Assembly (NCBI GenBank): GCA_963826785.1
Contig: CAWGYD010000004.1
Location: 401,457-465,456, forward strand
Source of the DNA: an uncultured delta proteobacterium
GTDB taxonomy: Bacteria > Desulfobacterota > Desulfobacteria > Desulfobacterales > Desulfosalsimonadaceae
DNA: 64,000 nucleotides
Direction of reading: 5' to 3'
The translations under genes and the position numbers were made by a program. Numbering within the stretch: the first letter of the stretch is position 1; each line of letters opens with the position of its first letter. The notes beneath the pieces were generated by a model. The model saw only the letters and a program-made list of their open reading frames with translations. It did no database searches and had not been told where the DNA came from. Positions 50,995-61,141 of this stretch are shown one piece after another.

Positions 50995-51993
50995 ATGGGA
51001 CCGGAATCAGTCGTTTATATCCTCATATTCATTGCGGCCATCGTTTTAATCTATTTTGTGGGATCGGCCATCTCCCTGTGGGTGCAGGCTCTGGTTTCCG
51101 GCGCCCATGTGGGGCTGTTCAATATCGTGTTCATGCGATTTCGGAAGGTGCCGCCCCGGCTGGTGGTCACCGCCAAGATCATGGCGGTCAAGGCGGGCCT
51201 GGACATCTCTTCAAATGATCTGGAATCCCATTTCCTGGCCGGCGGAGACGTCATGCGGGTGGTCCAGGCCCTGATCGCTGCGGACAAGGCCAATATCGAC
51301 CTGATATTCAACCGGGCGGCCGCCATCGATCTGGCCGGCCGAAACGTTTTGGAAGCGGTGCAGATGAGCGTCAATCCCAAGGTGATCGAAACCCCGCTGG
51401 TGGCGGCCATGGCCAAGGACGGCATCCAGCTCAAGGCCATCTCCCGGGTGACCGTTCGGGCCAATATCGACCGCCTGGTGGGCGGCGCGGGCGCCGAAAC
51501 CATCCTGGCCCGGGTGGGGGAGGGGATCGTCACCACCATCGGCTCATCCGACAGCCACAAGCAGGTCCTGGAAAATCCGGATCTGATCTCCAAAAGGGTC
51601 CTGGAAAAAGGCCTGGATGCGGGCACCGCCTATGAGATCCTCTCCATCGACATCGCGGATGTGGACGTGGGCAAGAACATCGGTGCCGAACTGGAAACCG
51701 ACCGGGCCGAGGCCGACAAGAAGATCGCCCAGGCCAAGGCCGAGGAGCGCCGGGCCATGGCATATGCCGTGGAACAGGAAATGAGGGCCCGGGTCCAGGA
51801 AATGCGGGCCAAGGTGGTGGAGGCCGAGGCCGAGGTGCCGCTGGCCATTGCCGAAGCCTTCCGCAAAGGCAACCTCGGGGTGATGGATTATTACCGGCTG
51901 CGAAACATCCAGGCCGATACCCAGATGCGCGATTCCATTGCCGCGCCCCATGAAGGCAAAGGCGGTTCTACGGACACTTCAGACATGAAATAG
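50995..51993 (+). CDS. floA: Flotillin-like FloA (YqfA/UPF0365)
   Basis: [35 protein letters not shown] and EAEAEVP. Confidence 0.95.
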   Translation: MGPESVVYILIFIAAIVLIYFVGSAISLWVQALVSGAHVGLFNIVFMRFRKVPPRLVVTAKIMAVKAGLDISSNDLESHFLAGGDVMRVVQALIAADKANIDLIFNRAAAIDLAGRNVLEAVQMSVNPKVIETPLVAAMAKDGIQLKAISRVTVRANIDRLVGGAGAETILARVGEGIVTTIGSSDSHKQVLENPDLISKRVLEKGLDAGTAYEILSIDIADVDVGKNIGAELETDRAEADKKIAQAKAEERRAMAYAVEQEMRARVQEMRAKVVEAEAEVPLAIAEAFRKGNLGVMDYYRLRNIQADTQMRDSIAAPHEGKGGSTDTSDMK

Positions 51994-52093
51994 CGGACCG
52001 GTTCTTGGTCGGGCACTGAATAGACAATCATTGTATGCGGGGGCGGCCCCCTGGCCGCCCTTCGATAATTTTGACAACAGAAGTGGAAAAATC

Positions 52094-52612
52094 ATGAGTT
52101 TTGATAGCCTGATATTCATACTGGTGATTGTGGCGATCATTTTGAGCAACGTGTTTAAAATGATCAAAAAAACTTCGGATACCGGAGGCGCTAAAATGCA
52201 GAAGCCGTCGGCCACCGGATGGAAAAAGAAGGTTTCGGACGTACTGGCGCAGATCAAAGAAGAAATGCGCAAGGCCGCTGAGCAGCAGACCGGGGAAAAG
52301 CCATCGGGACGGGGGACCGGATGGGAGCAGGTGATGGTGCCGTCCCCGCGTCCGGATGAACGGGGGGTAAAGGACACGCCCGAATTGCGGCAGACGTTTG
52401 AAGAAGCCATAAAGAAGCCGTACCCGCCGGAACCCGGCCCGGAAATGTCCGTTCCGGGCCTGCCGTCCTATGCGGCCCCTGCCACCGGGGCCATGTATGA
52501 GCAGCATCGAAAACAAAGGGCCGTGGTGATCAACCGCCGCAACCTGCGCCAGGCGGTGATCTGGTCTGAAATTCTGGCAAAACCGGTGGGGCTGCGCGAC
52601 CTGGAAGAATAG
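52094..52612 (+). CDS. YqfB-like membrane-anchored protein
   Basis: N-terminal TM helix, low-complexity linker and C-terminal LRQAVIWSEILAKP typical of genes following floA. Confidence 0.75.
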   Translation: MSFDSLIFILVIVAIILSNVFKMIKKTSDTGGAKMQKPSATGWKKKVSDVLAQIKEEMRKAAEQQTGEKPSGRGTGWEQVMVPSPRPDERGVKDTPELRQTFEEAIKKPYPPEPGPEMSVPGLPSYAAPATGAMYEQHRKQRAVVINRRNLRQAVIWSEILAKPVGLRDLEE

Positions 52613-52637
52613 ATTTATCCATTTTTCAATTGATTAC

Positions 52638-52696
52638 AAAACCACGGCGGAGGCAGCTTTGGCCGGATCTCCCGTTTGTGGTTTTTCTTTTTTTTT
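52638..52696 (+). terminator. Rho-independent terminator after the nfeD-floA operon
   Basis: AAAACCACGGCGGAG...CTCCCGTTTGTGGTTTT stem followed by a long T run. Confidence 0.65.
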
Positions 52697-52747
52697 GGTA
52701 TGGATTCGTCTGTGATTTGACCCGAAAAGCGCTACAGTTATGAAATC

Positions 52748-54286
52748 ATGAAGAATAGAAATATCATGGAAATACCTGATCCCATCGTGGCGGTGTTGAT
52801 GGCCATGTGGATCTGTTTATCCGTCATTCCGGCCGGTGCAGCGGAAAATGCCGTCACCCGGGACGCCAACCATGACGGCAAGGCCGACCAGATCGCCCAC
52901 CTGGATGACTCCGGGGTGATCCGGAAACTGGAAATCGATGGGGATGCGGACGGCCGCATGGAAACGGTTCAAATTTACCAGGACGGCAAGCTGCAAAAGG
53001 TGGAGCAGGATACGAGCGGGGACGGCAAAGCGGATGTCGTCGATTGGTTTGAAAACAAGATCCGCACCCGCCGGGAGGAACTCGATGCCAAGGGGCGGGT
53101 CATACGCCGGGTTGATTTTGCCGCCCCTGACATCCCCGCGCAAGTTGAGCAGGATACGGATGGGGACGGCCGGCTGGATGCGACCCAGTTCTATGAAAAT
53201 GGCATCATGACGCATACCGAAACGCAGGCGGAGACGTCCGGCCGGATGGTCACGTTTTATACCGGCGGCCGGGCCGATTATGCCAAGCAGGATGAAAACA
53301 ACGACGGCCGATTTGAAACGACGGTTTATTACAACCGGGAAAACCAGCCGGAAAAAGTCCTTTCCGATCCTGACCAGGATGGCCGGATAGACATCGAACA
53401 AAATTTTTCAGGGGGTGCGCTGGCCACGGAAATGCGCGATTCAGACAAAGACGGGCGGATGGACACGGTGACTGATTTTAAAAACGGCCGTGCCATTACC
53501 CGGAAGAAGGACACCACGGGCGACGGCCGGTTCGATACCGTCACCACTTTCGATGACGGCCGCATCCGCAAAACGGAGAGGGACACCAACGCCGACGGCC
53601 AGGCGGATACCACCCTGTTTTATGACCCGGATGAGCGGCCTGCCAGGGAGATCTCGGATGTCGATTTTGACGGCCGGCCCGACCAGTGGCGCTATTTTGA
53701 ATCCGATGGGGTCATCCGGGTGGAACACGACCGCAACCGGGACGGCCGCGCGGACCTTAAGGTCTGGTATAAAGGCGGCCAGAAGGACTCGATGGAATCA
53801 GACGATGATTTTGACGGCCGGTTCGAACTGACCCGGACCTTTGATGCCGCCGGGCCCCTGACCGACCGGCTGGATGCCGATGGGGACGGGGCGGCCGAAA
53901 CCTGCTGGTTTTATGCCGGCGGGGAGATTTGCCGGAAAGAAGCGGACATGGATGGCGACGGCCGTGTGGATGTCAGGCAATATTACGGGCCGGACGGACA
54001 TCTGGTCAAGAGCGAGGAAATCAAGGGGGCTGACGGCAAAATCGGTCTGACCTGGTATTATGACGATGCCGGCCGGCCGTTGCGGGCGGAGGCGGATACG
54101 GATTCAGACGGCCGCATCGACATCTGGTACGCCTATGAAAAGGGCCGGCTGGCCCAGGTGCGGGAGGATTCCAATCATGACGGCGCCCCCGATATTTTCG
54201 AAACCTATGATGAATCCGAAAAGCGGGTCAAACGGTCCCGGGACCTTGATTTCGACGGCGTGCAGGACATCAGCGAAGATTTTTAG
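52748..54286 (+). CDS. Secreted acidic repeat protein with about 17 DxxxDG loops, mostly Dx[DN]xDG
   Basis: Signal peptide ending PAGA-AE; DANHDG, DGDADG, DTDGDG, DENNDG, DPDQDG, DSDKDG ... DLDFDG at roughly 24-25 aa period. Confidence 0.85.
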   Translation: MKNRNIMEIPDPIVAVLMAMWICLSVIPAGAAENAVTRDANHDGKADQIAHLDDSGVIRKLEIDGDADGRMETVQIYQDGKLQKVEQDTSGDGKADVVDWFENKIRTRREELDAKGRVIRRVDFAAPDIPAQVEQDTDGDGRLDATQFYENGIMTHTETQAETSGRMVTFYTGGRADYAKQDENNDGRFETTVYYNRENQPEKVLSDPDQDGRIDIEQNFSGGALATEMRDSDKDGRMDTVTDFKNGRAITRKKDTTGDGRFDTVTTFDDGRIRKTERDTNADGQADTTLFYDPDERPAREISDVDFDGRPDQWRYFESDGVIRVEHDRNRDGRADLKVWYKGGQKDSMESDDDFDGRFELTRTFDAAGPLTDRLDADGDGAAETCWFYAGGEICRKEADMDGDGRVDVRQYYGPDGHLVKSEEIKGADGKIGLTWYYDDAGRPLRAEADTDSDGRIDIWYAYEKGRLAQVREDSNHDGAPDIFETYDESEKRVKRSRDLDFDGVQDISEDF

Positions 54287-54399
54287 CGCCATGATCCAAT
54301 TTTTCTTTTACCGCGAAGAACACGGAGGTTAAATCCCCCATATTTCCCTTCGGGGTGAAGTTAGCGTTTTTCAGGTCCATCAAAACAAGGATAAGAAAC

Positions 54400-55005
54400 A
54401 TGATCGAACTTCTGGCCAAAGGCGGGGTGCTGGTTCCCCCCATTCTCATCTGCTCCGTGCTGGCCCTGGCGATTTTTTTAGAGCGCCTGATCCGGTTTTC
54501 CCGGATGCGAACCCGGGGGGCGGGACTGGCTGAAAAAGTGGTGAAGATGCTCAAGAACGGCGATGTGGCCGGGGCGCATGAGACCGCCGCCTCCAGCAAT
54601 TCCCCCATGGGGCGGGTGCTGGCCCGGGCCATCGAGTTTCGGGAAGACGACCGCGAGACCCTGGAGACGGTCATCGCGCACGCCTCCGACGAGGAGGTCA
54701 GGAGCCTGTCCACCTATCTTCAGGCCCTGGCAACCATCGGAAATATCGCACCCCTGTTGGGGCTGCTGGGGACGGTGGTCGGAATGATCAAGGCGTTTAT
54801 GGTCATCCAGCAGATGGGGGGGAAAGTCAATGCCGCGGTGCTGGCCGGCGGGATCTGGGAAGCCATGCTCACCACCGCCCTGGGGCTGGCCGTGGCCCTG
54901 CCCACCATGGTGGCCCACAGCTACCTGATTTCCCGGGTGGACAAGTATGAATCCCGGCTTCATGACGGGGCCGTGTTTTTCATCACCGCCATGATGAAAA
55001 AATAG
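54400..55005 (+). CDS. exbB: ExbB/TolQ/MotA proton channel
   Basis: LATIGNIAPLLGLLGTVVGMI and GGIWEAMLTTALGL; ATG 54400. Confidence 0.93.
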   Translation: MIELLAKGGVLVPPILICSVLALAIFLERLIRFSRMRTRGAGLAEKVVKMLKNGDVAGAHETAASSNSPMGRVLARAIEFREDDRETLETVIAHASDEEVRSLSTYLQALATIGNIAPLLGLLGTVVGMIKAFMVIQQMGGKVNAAVLAGGIWEAMLTTALGLAVALPTMVAHSYLISRVDKYESRLHDGAVFFITAMMKK

Positions 55006-55022
55006 GCGGACAAGGAGGCATT

Positions 55023-55430
55023 TTGCTGGTTTATCGCCGAAAAAGGGAACGCTACGGCATCCAGGCGCCGCTGACGTCCCTGATCGATATCGTGTTCATG
55101 CTGCTGATCTATTTTCTGCTCACCACCAACTTCATGGTGGAGCAGGGAATCGATGTCAACCTGCCGGACGCGGAGGCCTCCGCCCCCCAGGACCAGCAGG
55201 AGATCACCATCTATGTGGATGCGGCCGGAATGGTGTACCTGGGGAAAGCCCCGGTTGATTTCAACGACCTGTTCGGCCGCTTGAGAGACGAAATCATCGC
55301 CCGCCCGGACCGGCTGGTGGTGATCAAGGCGGACGGATCGATCATGCTGGACCGGGCGGTGAAAGTGATGGACATCGCCCGGGCGGCCGGTGCCCAGCGC
55401 CTGTTTCTGGCAACCGAGAAAGCCCGGTGA
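55023..55430 (+). CDS. exbD: ExbD/TolR
   Basis: LTSLIDIVFMLLIYFLLT, VNLP and IKAD. Confidence 0.93.
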   Translation: MLVYRRKRERYGIQAPLTSLIDIVFMLLIYFLLTTNFMVEQGIDVNLPDAEASAPQDQQEITIYVDAAGMVYLGKAPVDFNDLFGRLRDEIIARPDRLVVIKADGSIMLDRAVKVMDIARAAGAQRLFLATEKAR

Positions 55431-56140
55431 GGTCGATTCCGGTGCCGGATGTGCGTCAACACCGCCGGGATAAGATCAACTGGCTGTTCATCGGGCTGGT
55501 GGGGGCATCCCTGATCGTTCATGCCGGTATTTTTCTGAAAATGTCCGGGCTGTTCGAATCCAGGCAGCCGTCTTACCTTGAAATACATGTGCAGAAAAAC
55601 GCAATGCCCGCTCCCCGGAAAATTCCCCGGCCGCTGAGCGGCGCGGCCCCGGCGCCGCGGCCCTCCGTTCCGGAAATTCAGGATTCACAGTCGATGCCGG
55701 AGGCGGCCGCACCCAAACGGCTGGTGCAACCTTCCGCCCTGGCGGCATCCGCACCGGCACCGCCGCCGGCCATGCCGTTTGTGCCGGATGCGGCACCCGA
55801 TATCGTGGAATGGACCCCGCCGGTAAAGGGAAACGATTCCGCCTCGGATTCGGCGGATCATTATCTTTCCGGGCTGCGCCGGCGCATCGAGGAAAAAAAA
55901 TCGTATCCGCCCGCCGCCCGCCAGCGGCGTATCGCGGGGAGGGCAGTCGTAGAATTTGTGATCAACGCCGACGGGGCGGCATCCGGGATGAAAATCATCG
56001 AGAGCGCGCGCTCTTCGCTGCTGGACCAGGCGGCCCTGGAGGCGGTGCGAAAGGCCTCCCCTTTTGAGCGGCCGCCGGCGGACCGTTTTGATCTGCCGTT
56101 GAAACTTCAGATTCCGATAACCTTTGAGATCATACCATGA
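55427..56140 (+). CDS. tonB: TonB energy transducer
   Basis: SLIVH TM motif, Pro-rich spacer, YPPAARQRRIAG..VEFVI and LLDQAALEAV. Confidence 0.9.
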   Translation: MRSIPVPDVRQHRRDKINWLFIGLVGASLIVHAGIFLKMSGLFESRQPSYLEIHVQKNAMPAPRKIPRPLSGAAPAPRPSVPEIQDSQSMPEAAAPKRLVQPSALAASAPAPPPAMPFVPDAAPDIVEWTPPVKGNDSASDSADHYLSGLRRRIEEKKSYPPAARQRRIAGRAVVEFVINADGAASGMKIIESARSSLLDQAALEAVRKASPFERPPADRFDLPLKLQIPITFEIIP

Positions 56141-56150
56141 GGAGTAAAGC

Positions 56151-56915
56151 ATGAAAATCGCCATCGCCGGAAAAGGAGGAAGCGGCAAGAGCACGCTTTC
56201 CGTGCTTCTTTCCCGCTCCTTTCGGAATGCGGGATACAAGGTCCTGGTAGTGGATGCGGACGAATCCAACGTGGGGCTTGACACCCTGATGGGCATGAGC
56301 CCCAAAGACCACCTGCTCGATTACCTGGGGGGCAAAAAGGGGTTCAAGGAAAAACTCAACCAGAAGATGATGATGGACAATCCGGCCGGGATCTTTGCCG
56401 GAAAGCAGACCATCGGCGACATCCCCCCAAACTGTGTGGCCGAAAAAGACGGCATCAAACTGGTGATCATCGGCAAGATCCAGGATTTCGGGGAAGGGTG
56501 CGCCTGCCCCCTGGGCATTTTGTCCAAAAAATTTCTGGCCAGCATCACCGAGAGTGAGACCGAGGTCATCCTGGTGGATACCGAGGCGGGGGTGGAGCAC
56601 TTCGGCCGGGGCATGGAGGCGGAATGCGACATCGTCGTCGGCGTGATCGATCCCACGGCCGAGTCCTTCAAGCTTGCCAGAAAGATCGAGGAGATGGCGG
56701 GCAAAGCCGGCAAGCAGCTCTATTTCATCTTAAACAAGGTGGAACCGTCCATCCGCCCCATCATGATGCGCCATATCAATCCCGACCGGGTGATCGGATA
56801 TGTTCCCAAGGACAATCCCATCTTCCTGGACAGCCTGGAAGGCCGGGCCCTTTCCCGGCAACTTTCAGAGGTCGATGAAATCTGCCGCCGCCTGATGTCC
56901 AATTTTTGCGGATGA
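56151..56915 (+). CDS. cooC: CooC/AcsF-type nickel-insertion ATPase
   Basis: GKGGSGKST, VDADESN, GEGCACP (CxC metal site) and DTEAGVEHFGRG. Confidence 0.88.
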   Translation: MKIAIAGKGGSGKSTLSVLLSRSFRNAGYKVLVVDADESNVGLDTLMGMSPKDHLLDYLGGKKGFKEKLNQKMMMDNPAGIFAGKQTIGDIPPNCVAEKDGIKLVIIGKIQDFGEGCACPLGILSKKFLASITESETEVILVDTEAGVEHFGRGMEAECDIVVGVIDPTAESFKLARKIEEMAGKAGKQLYFILNKVEPSIRPIMMRHINPDRVIGYVPKDNPIFLDSLEGRALSRQLSEVDEICRRLMSNFCG

Positions 56916-56929
56916 CCGCCGCGGCTGCC

Positions 56930-58078
56930 TTATTTCCGGTTGGACACGAGATAGCTTTCCAGGCGGTCCATGCCGATTTCGATGTTTTCCAGGGAATTTG
57001 CGTAGGAAAATCGCAGGTATCCTTCGCCGTTTTTCCCAAAATCGATCCCCGGCGTCACCCCCACATGCGCACGTTCAAGAATGTCGAAGGCCAGGCCATA
57101 GGAATCGCCTGAAATGTGGCGGGCATTGGCAAACACGTAGAAGGCGCCGGTGGGTTCGACGGCGATGCCGAATCCCATCTCCTTCAGGCGCGAAATCATG
57201 TAGCGGCGCCGCCGGTCATAGGTCTTCCTCATCTTCCGGATATCGTCACCGGCATACTCGAGGGCCGCGATGCCGGCCTTCTGCGCCATGGCGTTGGCGG
57301 AGATGAAGAAGTTCTGGTGGATTTTCTGCATGGGCCGGATCAGATCCTTCGGCGCAATTACGTACCCGAGCCGAAATCCCGTCATGGCGTAGAGCTTGGA
57401 AAAACCGTTGAACACCACGGCATGATCGGTGAACTCCAGTATGGAATGGGCGGCCCCTTCGTAGACCAGGCCGTGGTAGATCTCATCGGAGAGGATCAGC
57501 GGGGAAAGACCGGCGATCTTTTGCATCCGTTCGGGGGAGAGCAGGGTCCCGGTGGGATTTGACGGGGAATTGATCAATATTCCCCTGGTCTTTTGACTGA
57601 TTTTTTCCCGGATGGCATCGGTCCGGTACTGGAAGGCATCGGATTCGAACACCGGCACGGTGACGGGAACGCCGTCGAAAAAATTGATGAAATTCGGATA
57701 GCACGCATAATGCGGGTCTGAAATAATGACTTCGTCGCCTTTTTCGATGAGGGCGGCAAACAGGATCAGCATGGCCGGAGATGTACCCGATGTGATCACC
57801 ACCTGGTCGGGATGGAGCCAGTCCACGCCATAGGTTTTGCGGTAGTGCTCGCAGACCGCTTCCCTGAGCTCGATGAGCCCCAGGCTGTGGGTGTAATGGG
57901 TGTATCCGTCGGCCAGGCCTTTTTCGGCAGCCTCCCGCACGCATGCCGGTGTATCGAAATCCGGCTCGCCCACTTCCAGGTGGATGACATCGATCCCACG
58001 GCGTTGCATTTCATGCGCTTTTTCCAGCACATCCATGACGATAAAAGAAGTAATTTTTTCAGCGCGCCCGGCAATCAT
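56930..58078 (-). CDS. PLP-dependent class I/II aminotransferase
   Basis: GEPDFDTP, NSPSNPTG, SDEIY and GFSKLYAMTGFRLG. Confidence 0.95.
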   Translation of the reverse strand: MIAGRAEKITSFIVMDVLEKAHEMQRRGIDVIHLEVGEPDFDTPACVREAAEKGLADGYTHYTHSLGLIELREAVCEHYRKTYGVDWLHPDQVVITSGTSPAMLILFAALIEKGDEVIISDPHYACYPNFINFFDGVPVTVPVFESDAFQYRTDAIREKISQKTRGILINSPSNPTGTLLSPERMQKIAGLSPLILSDEIYHGLVYEGAAHSILEFTDHAVVFNGFSKLYAMTGFRLGYVIAPKDLIRPMQKIHQNFFISANAMAQKAGIAALEYAGDDIRKMRKTYDRRRRYMISRLKEMGFGIAVEPTGAFYVFANARHISGDSYGLAFDILERAHVGVTPGIDFGKNGEGYLRFSYANSLENIEIGMDRLESYLVSNRK

Positions 58079-58162
58079 TTATGTCTCCGTGTATCGGTCT
58101 CATTTAGAGGAAGGTTTCAATGCGCTTTTTATATCGAAATGCCGGGAAAAAATAAACAGAAG

Positions 58163-58195
58163 AAAAAAAGGAGCGATTCCGGAGAAATCGACTCC
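58163..58195 (-). terminator. Minus-strand intrinsic terminator upstream of the aminotransferase
   Basis: GGAGTCGATTTCTCCGGAATCGCTCC hairpin followed by TTTTTTT on the minus strand. Confidence 0.55.
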
Positions 58196-58613
58196 AACAA
58201 CTAATAACGTTAATGATCGGATCCATCTGTCTACAGATGGTTGGAGGGGGTACACTTCCGCCTGGACCATCACTATAACCACCAAAAAGCAACAACCCGT
58301 AAGGCGCTGGACAAATCCAGTGTGTTGCAGGTAAACCGATGAAGAAACAGCTGAGTTTATTCACTGAAACATGCGTTGCAAACCTTTACAAGGATAGTAT
58401 TTTTCTGATACTTTACGTTGTGTTGCAATCGACTGAATCAACTCTTTATTTCCACGAATCCCGCTGATCAGCGGCTGTAAATGCTTTTATGGGCAACTTG
58501 AAATGCCCACAGAGCCACCTTCATTTGTTTTGGTTCGATCTGCCGTTTTTTTTACATTGCCTGCAGATGTTCTTTGATCAAAAACCAGGTTAATCAAAGA
58601 AGAGGAGCGCCTT

Positions 58614-59924
58614 ATGATCCGAAAACTCGCATTGATGGCGATGATCTCCGTTGTTTCGATGATGTTCTCCGCGTGCGCATCTCTGTTCACGCCCCCGCTG
58701 GTCAAGGCGGTCTATACCCGAGACCGGGATCAGCTCAATCAGCTGCTGGCGCAGGGCGCGGATGTGAATGAAGCCACCGGCCAGGGCGTCACCCCCTTGA
58801 TCCTTGCCGCATCCATCGGGGATGATCAAGCCGCTCCAGAAACTGCTCGACAAGGGTGCGGATGTGAATGCGGCCATAACAGAGACCTTTACCAGCGAAG
58901 GAGAACTGGTGCCCGAAGGCGTCACCGCGCTGATGGCCGCCCTGAGCAAGCAGCATTCGAATATTGCCGAAATGCTGATCCGGCACGGTGCGGATGTGAA
59001 CCTGAAAACCGTAAACGGGAGCACCGCCCTGATGATCGCTGCGGGCAACGATGATCCCGCAATTGTCGGGATGCTCATCGAAAAGGGGGCGGATGTCAAC
59101 GCGGCCACGACAAAAACCTTCGAATATCAGAATGATACCATTTACAGCGGTGCGACGGCGCTGATGGGGGCCGTCTACCGGAAGCGGGGGGATATCGCCA
59201 AAATTTTGATTCAACACGGTGCAGATGTAAATGCGACATCTGAGGTCGGCGGCACGCCCCTGATGATCGCCGCCGGAAACGGCGACGCTGAATTGACAGC
59301 CGCCCTGCTCGCCAAGGGCGCCGATCCGAATGCGGGACTTACTGAAGACATTGTGGTAAAAGGAATGCCGGTCTTCCAGGGCGCCAATGCCATGCTTGCA
59401 GCGGCAGACGGGGGAAATGCCGAATGCCTGCGCCTGATGGCCCGGTATGGCGGAGATCTCAATTCATGCGATAAAAACGGCTCCCTGCCCCTGATCGCTG
59501 CGGCGGCAAAAGGGCACCTTGACGCCGTCAAATTCCTGGTGGAGCACGGCGCGGATGTCAACGGCAAGACCACGGCAAGGTTCATGCTGGGCAAGGATAT
59601 GGTCCCCAAGGGGAGTTCGGTGCTGACGGCGGCCGCTTTCGGCGGACATACGGCGGTGGTGAAATACCTCCTGGCGCACGGCGCGGACGTGAACATCCAC
59701 GATGATGAATTCGACGTCGATGCGCTCTTCCTGGCCGCCATGAAAGGTCATTTCAGTACCTGGTCAAGGTTCTCGTGGAGAATGGCGCGGATGTATTTCA
59801 CCTGACCAAGATGGGGACCGCGCATAACACGGCGTATCACAATGGCCACGACAACATCGTCCGGTACATCAATGAGGCCCGGGAAGCAGTCAAAAACAGG
59901 CAGGAAACGGAAAAAGGGATATGA
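58614..59924 (+). pseudogene. Ankyrin-repeat lipoprotein with two frameshifts (paralog of 4428..5696)
   Basis: Lipobox FSAC; shift near 58832 into ORF 58804..59805; shift near 59754 back to the first frame, reading YLVKVLVENGADVFHLTKMGTAHNTAYHNGHDNIV...GI* (TGA 59922-59924). Confidence 0.85.
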
Positions 59925-59989
59925 CGGCCCTGAAATCCCGGCTGGTCCCACAATGTCGCAAAAACACGGAAGTCGAAGGGAAGGACACG

Positions 59990-60889
59990 ATGATGCCTCA
60001 CCGCACGCGATTTTTAACGCTCTTTTTAATCATCCCCCTCTTTTTTGCCGGCGGCTGCGCCGCCACCCGGACCCGGATGATGGTGGACAGCATGAATCCC
60101 CTGATGATGAAAATGCATGATGCCACCAGTCGAAACGGCGACCTGAAACTGGTCCGGGACGCCATGCCGGCCTTCCTGCTCCAGATGGACGGGTTTATTG
60201 AAGCCTCTCCGAACAACCAAGTGCTCTTGATCAATGCCTCCGAAGCCTACATGGGATATGCATTCATGTTCGTTGAGGAAAAGGACCGGCAGCGGGCCAA
60301 GGGGCTCTATTTCAAGTCCAGGGAGTATGCGCTCAGGAGTCTGAAGCAGAATAAGACCTTTGCCGCGGCTTTGAAACAGGATGACCTGGATGTCTTCAAA
60401 AAATCGCTGCAGACCTTCAGCAAAAAAGATGTGCCCTCCCTGTACTTTGCGACCAATTCCTGGCTGCAGTGGGTCGGCATGGCATCTTCAGACGATTCGA
60501 GCGTGTTAAACGACCTTCCCCGGCTGGAAGCCATGATCGACCGGGTCATGGAACTGGACGACACCTTTTACCACGGGGGCATCCATGCCATTCTGGGGGT
60601 CTTTTATGTGGCCAGCCCGGAGATGTTCGGCGGCCGGCCGGAGCTGGCCCAGTTCCAGTTCGATGAAGCCTTCGACATTTCAGATTCCAGATACCTGCTG
60701 TGGAAATACCTGTATGCCCGCTACTATGCCTTTGCCACGGGCGACCGGCCGCTTTTCGTATCCACACTGGAAGACATCATCGCGGCGCCAGACAATCTCC
60801 TGCCCGGGGAAAACTTCGCCAACTCGGCCGCCAAATCCAAAGCCAGAACACTGCTGTCCCACGTGGATGACTATTTTCTCGCAGAATGA
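59990..60889 (+). CDS. TRAP transporter TatT-family lipoprotein
   Basis: Lipobox AGGC; DLKLVRDAMPAFLLQMDG, GYAFMFV, LDDTFYHGG, MFGGRPE and LYARYYA. Confidence 0.8.
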   Translation: MMPHRTRFLTLFLIIPLFFAGGCAATRTRMMVDSMNPLMMKMHDATSRNGDLKLVRDAMPAFLLQMDGFIEASPNNQVLLINASEAYMGYAFMFVEEKDRQRAKGLYFKSREYALRSLKQNKTFAAALKQDDLDVFKKSLQTFSKKDVPSLYFATNSWLQWVGMASSDDSSVLNDLPRLEAMIDRVMELDDTFYHGGIHAILGVFYVASPEMFGGRPELAQFQFDEAFDISDSRYLLWKYLYARYYAFATGDRPLFVSTLEDIIAAPDNLLPGENFANSAAKSKARTLLSHVDDYFLAE

Positions 60890-60945
60890 AAGACGGTATA
60901 TGACCCGTCTCCATGCATCATTGAAAGGACTTGCGTATAAAGCGA

Positions 60946-61090
60946 AGAAGTCAGGAGTCAGAATCCAGGAGCCAGAATGAATTGATGCCGCTTTGCTCCG
61001 CATTTTTTTCTCTATCTGACTATCTGGCTGAGCCGCAGGCGAAAACATTCTTTCCGGATTCCGGATTCTGGATTCCGGCTTCTGACTTCT
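60946..61090. repeat. Inverted heptamer tandem arrays with a short non-coding core (family C, empty)
   Basis: AGAAGTC AGGAGTC AGAATCC AGGAGCC AGAAT ... TTCCGGA TTCCGGA TTCTGGA TTCCGGC TTCTGAC TTCT. Confidence 0.85.
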
Positions 61091-61141
61091 CACTTCTTTT
61101 CGATAATCCGGACTGCTCTTAAGTCTGATTGCTTATATCCT

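Noticed and set aside
52748..54286. Rhs/YD polymorphic toxin
   Set aside because: The repeats are dominated by DxDxDG loops, and there is no Rhs core, DPxG cleavage motif, C-terminal toxin domain or immunity gene.
58240..58265. tRNA-Sec-like 3' end (CACTTCCGCC)
   Set aside because: No T-loop GTTCGA, no UCA anticodon arm and no matching acceptor-stem 5' strand.
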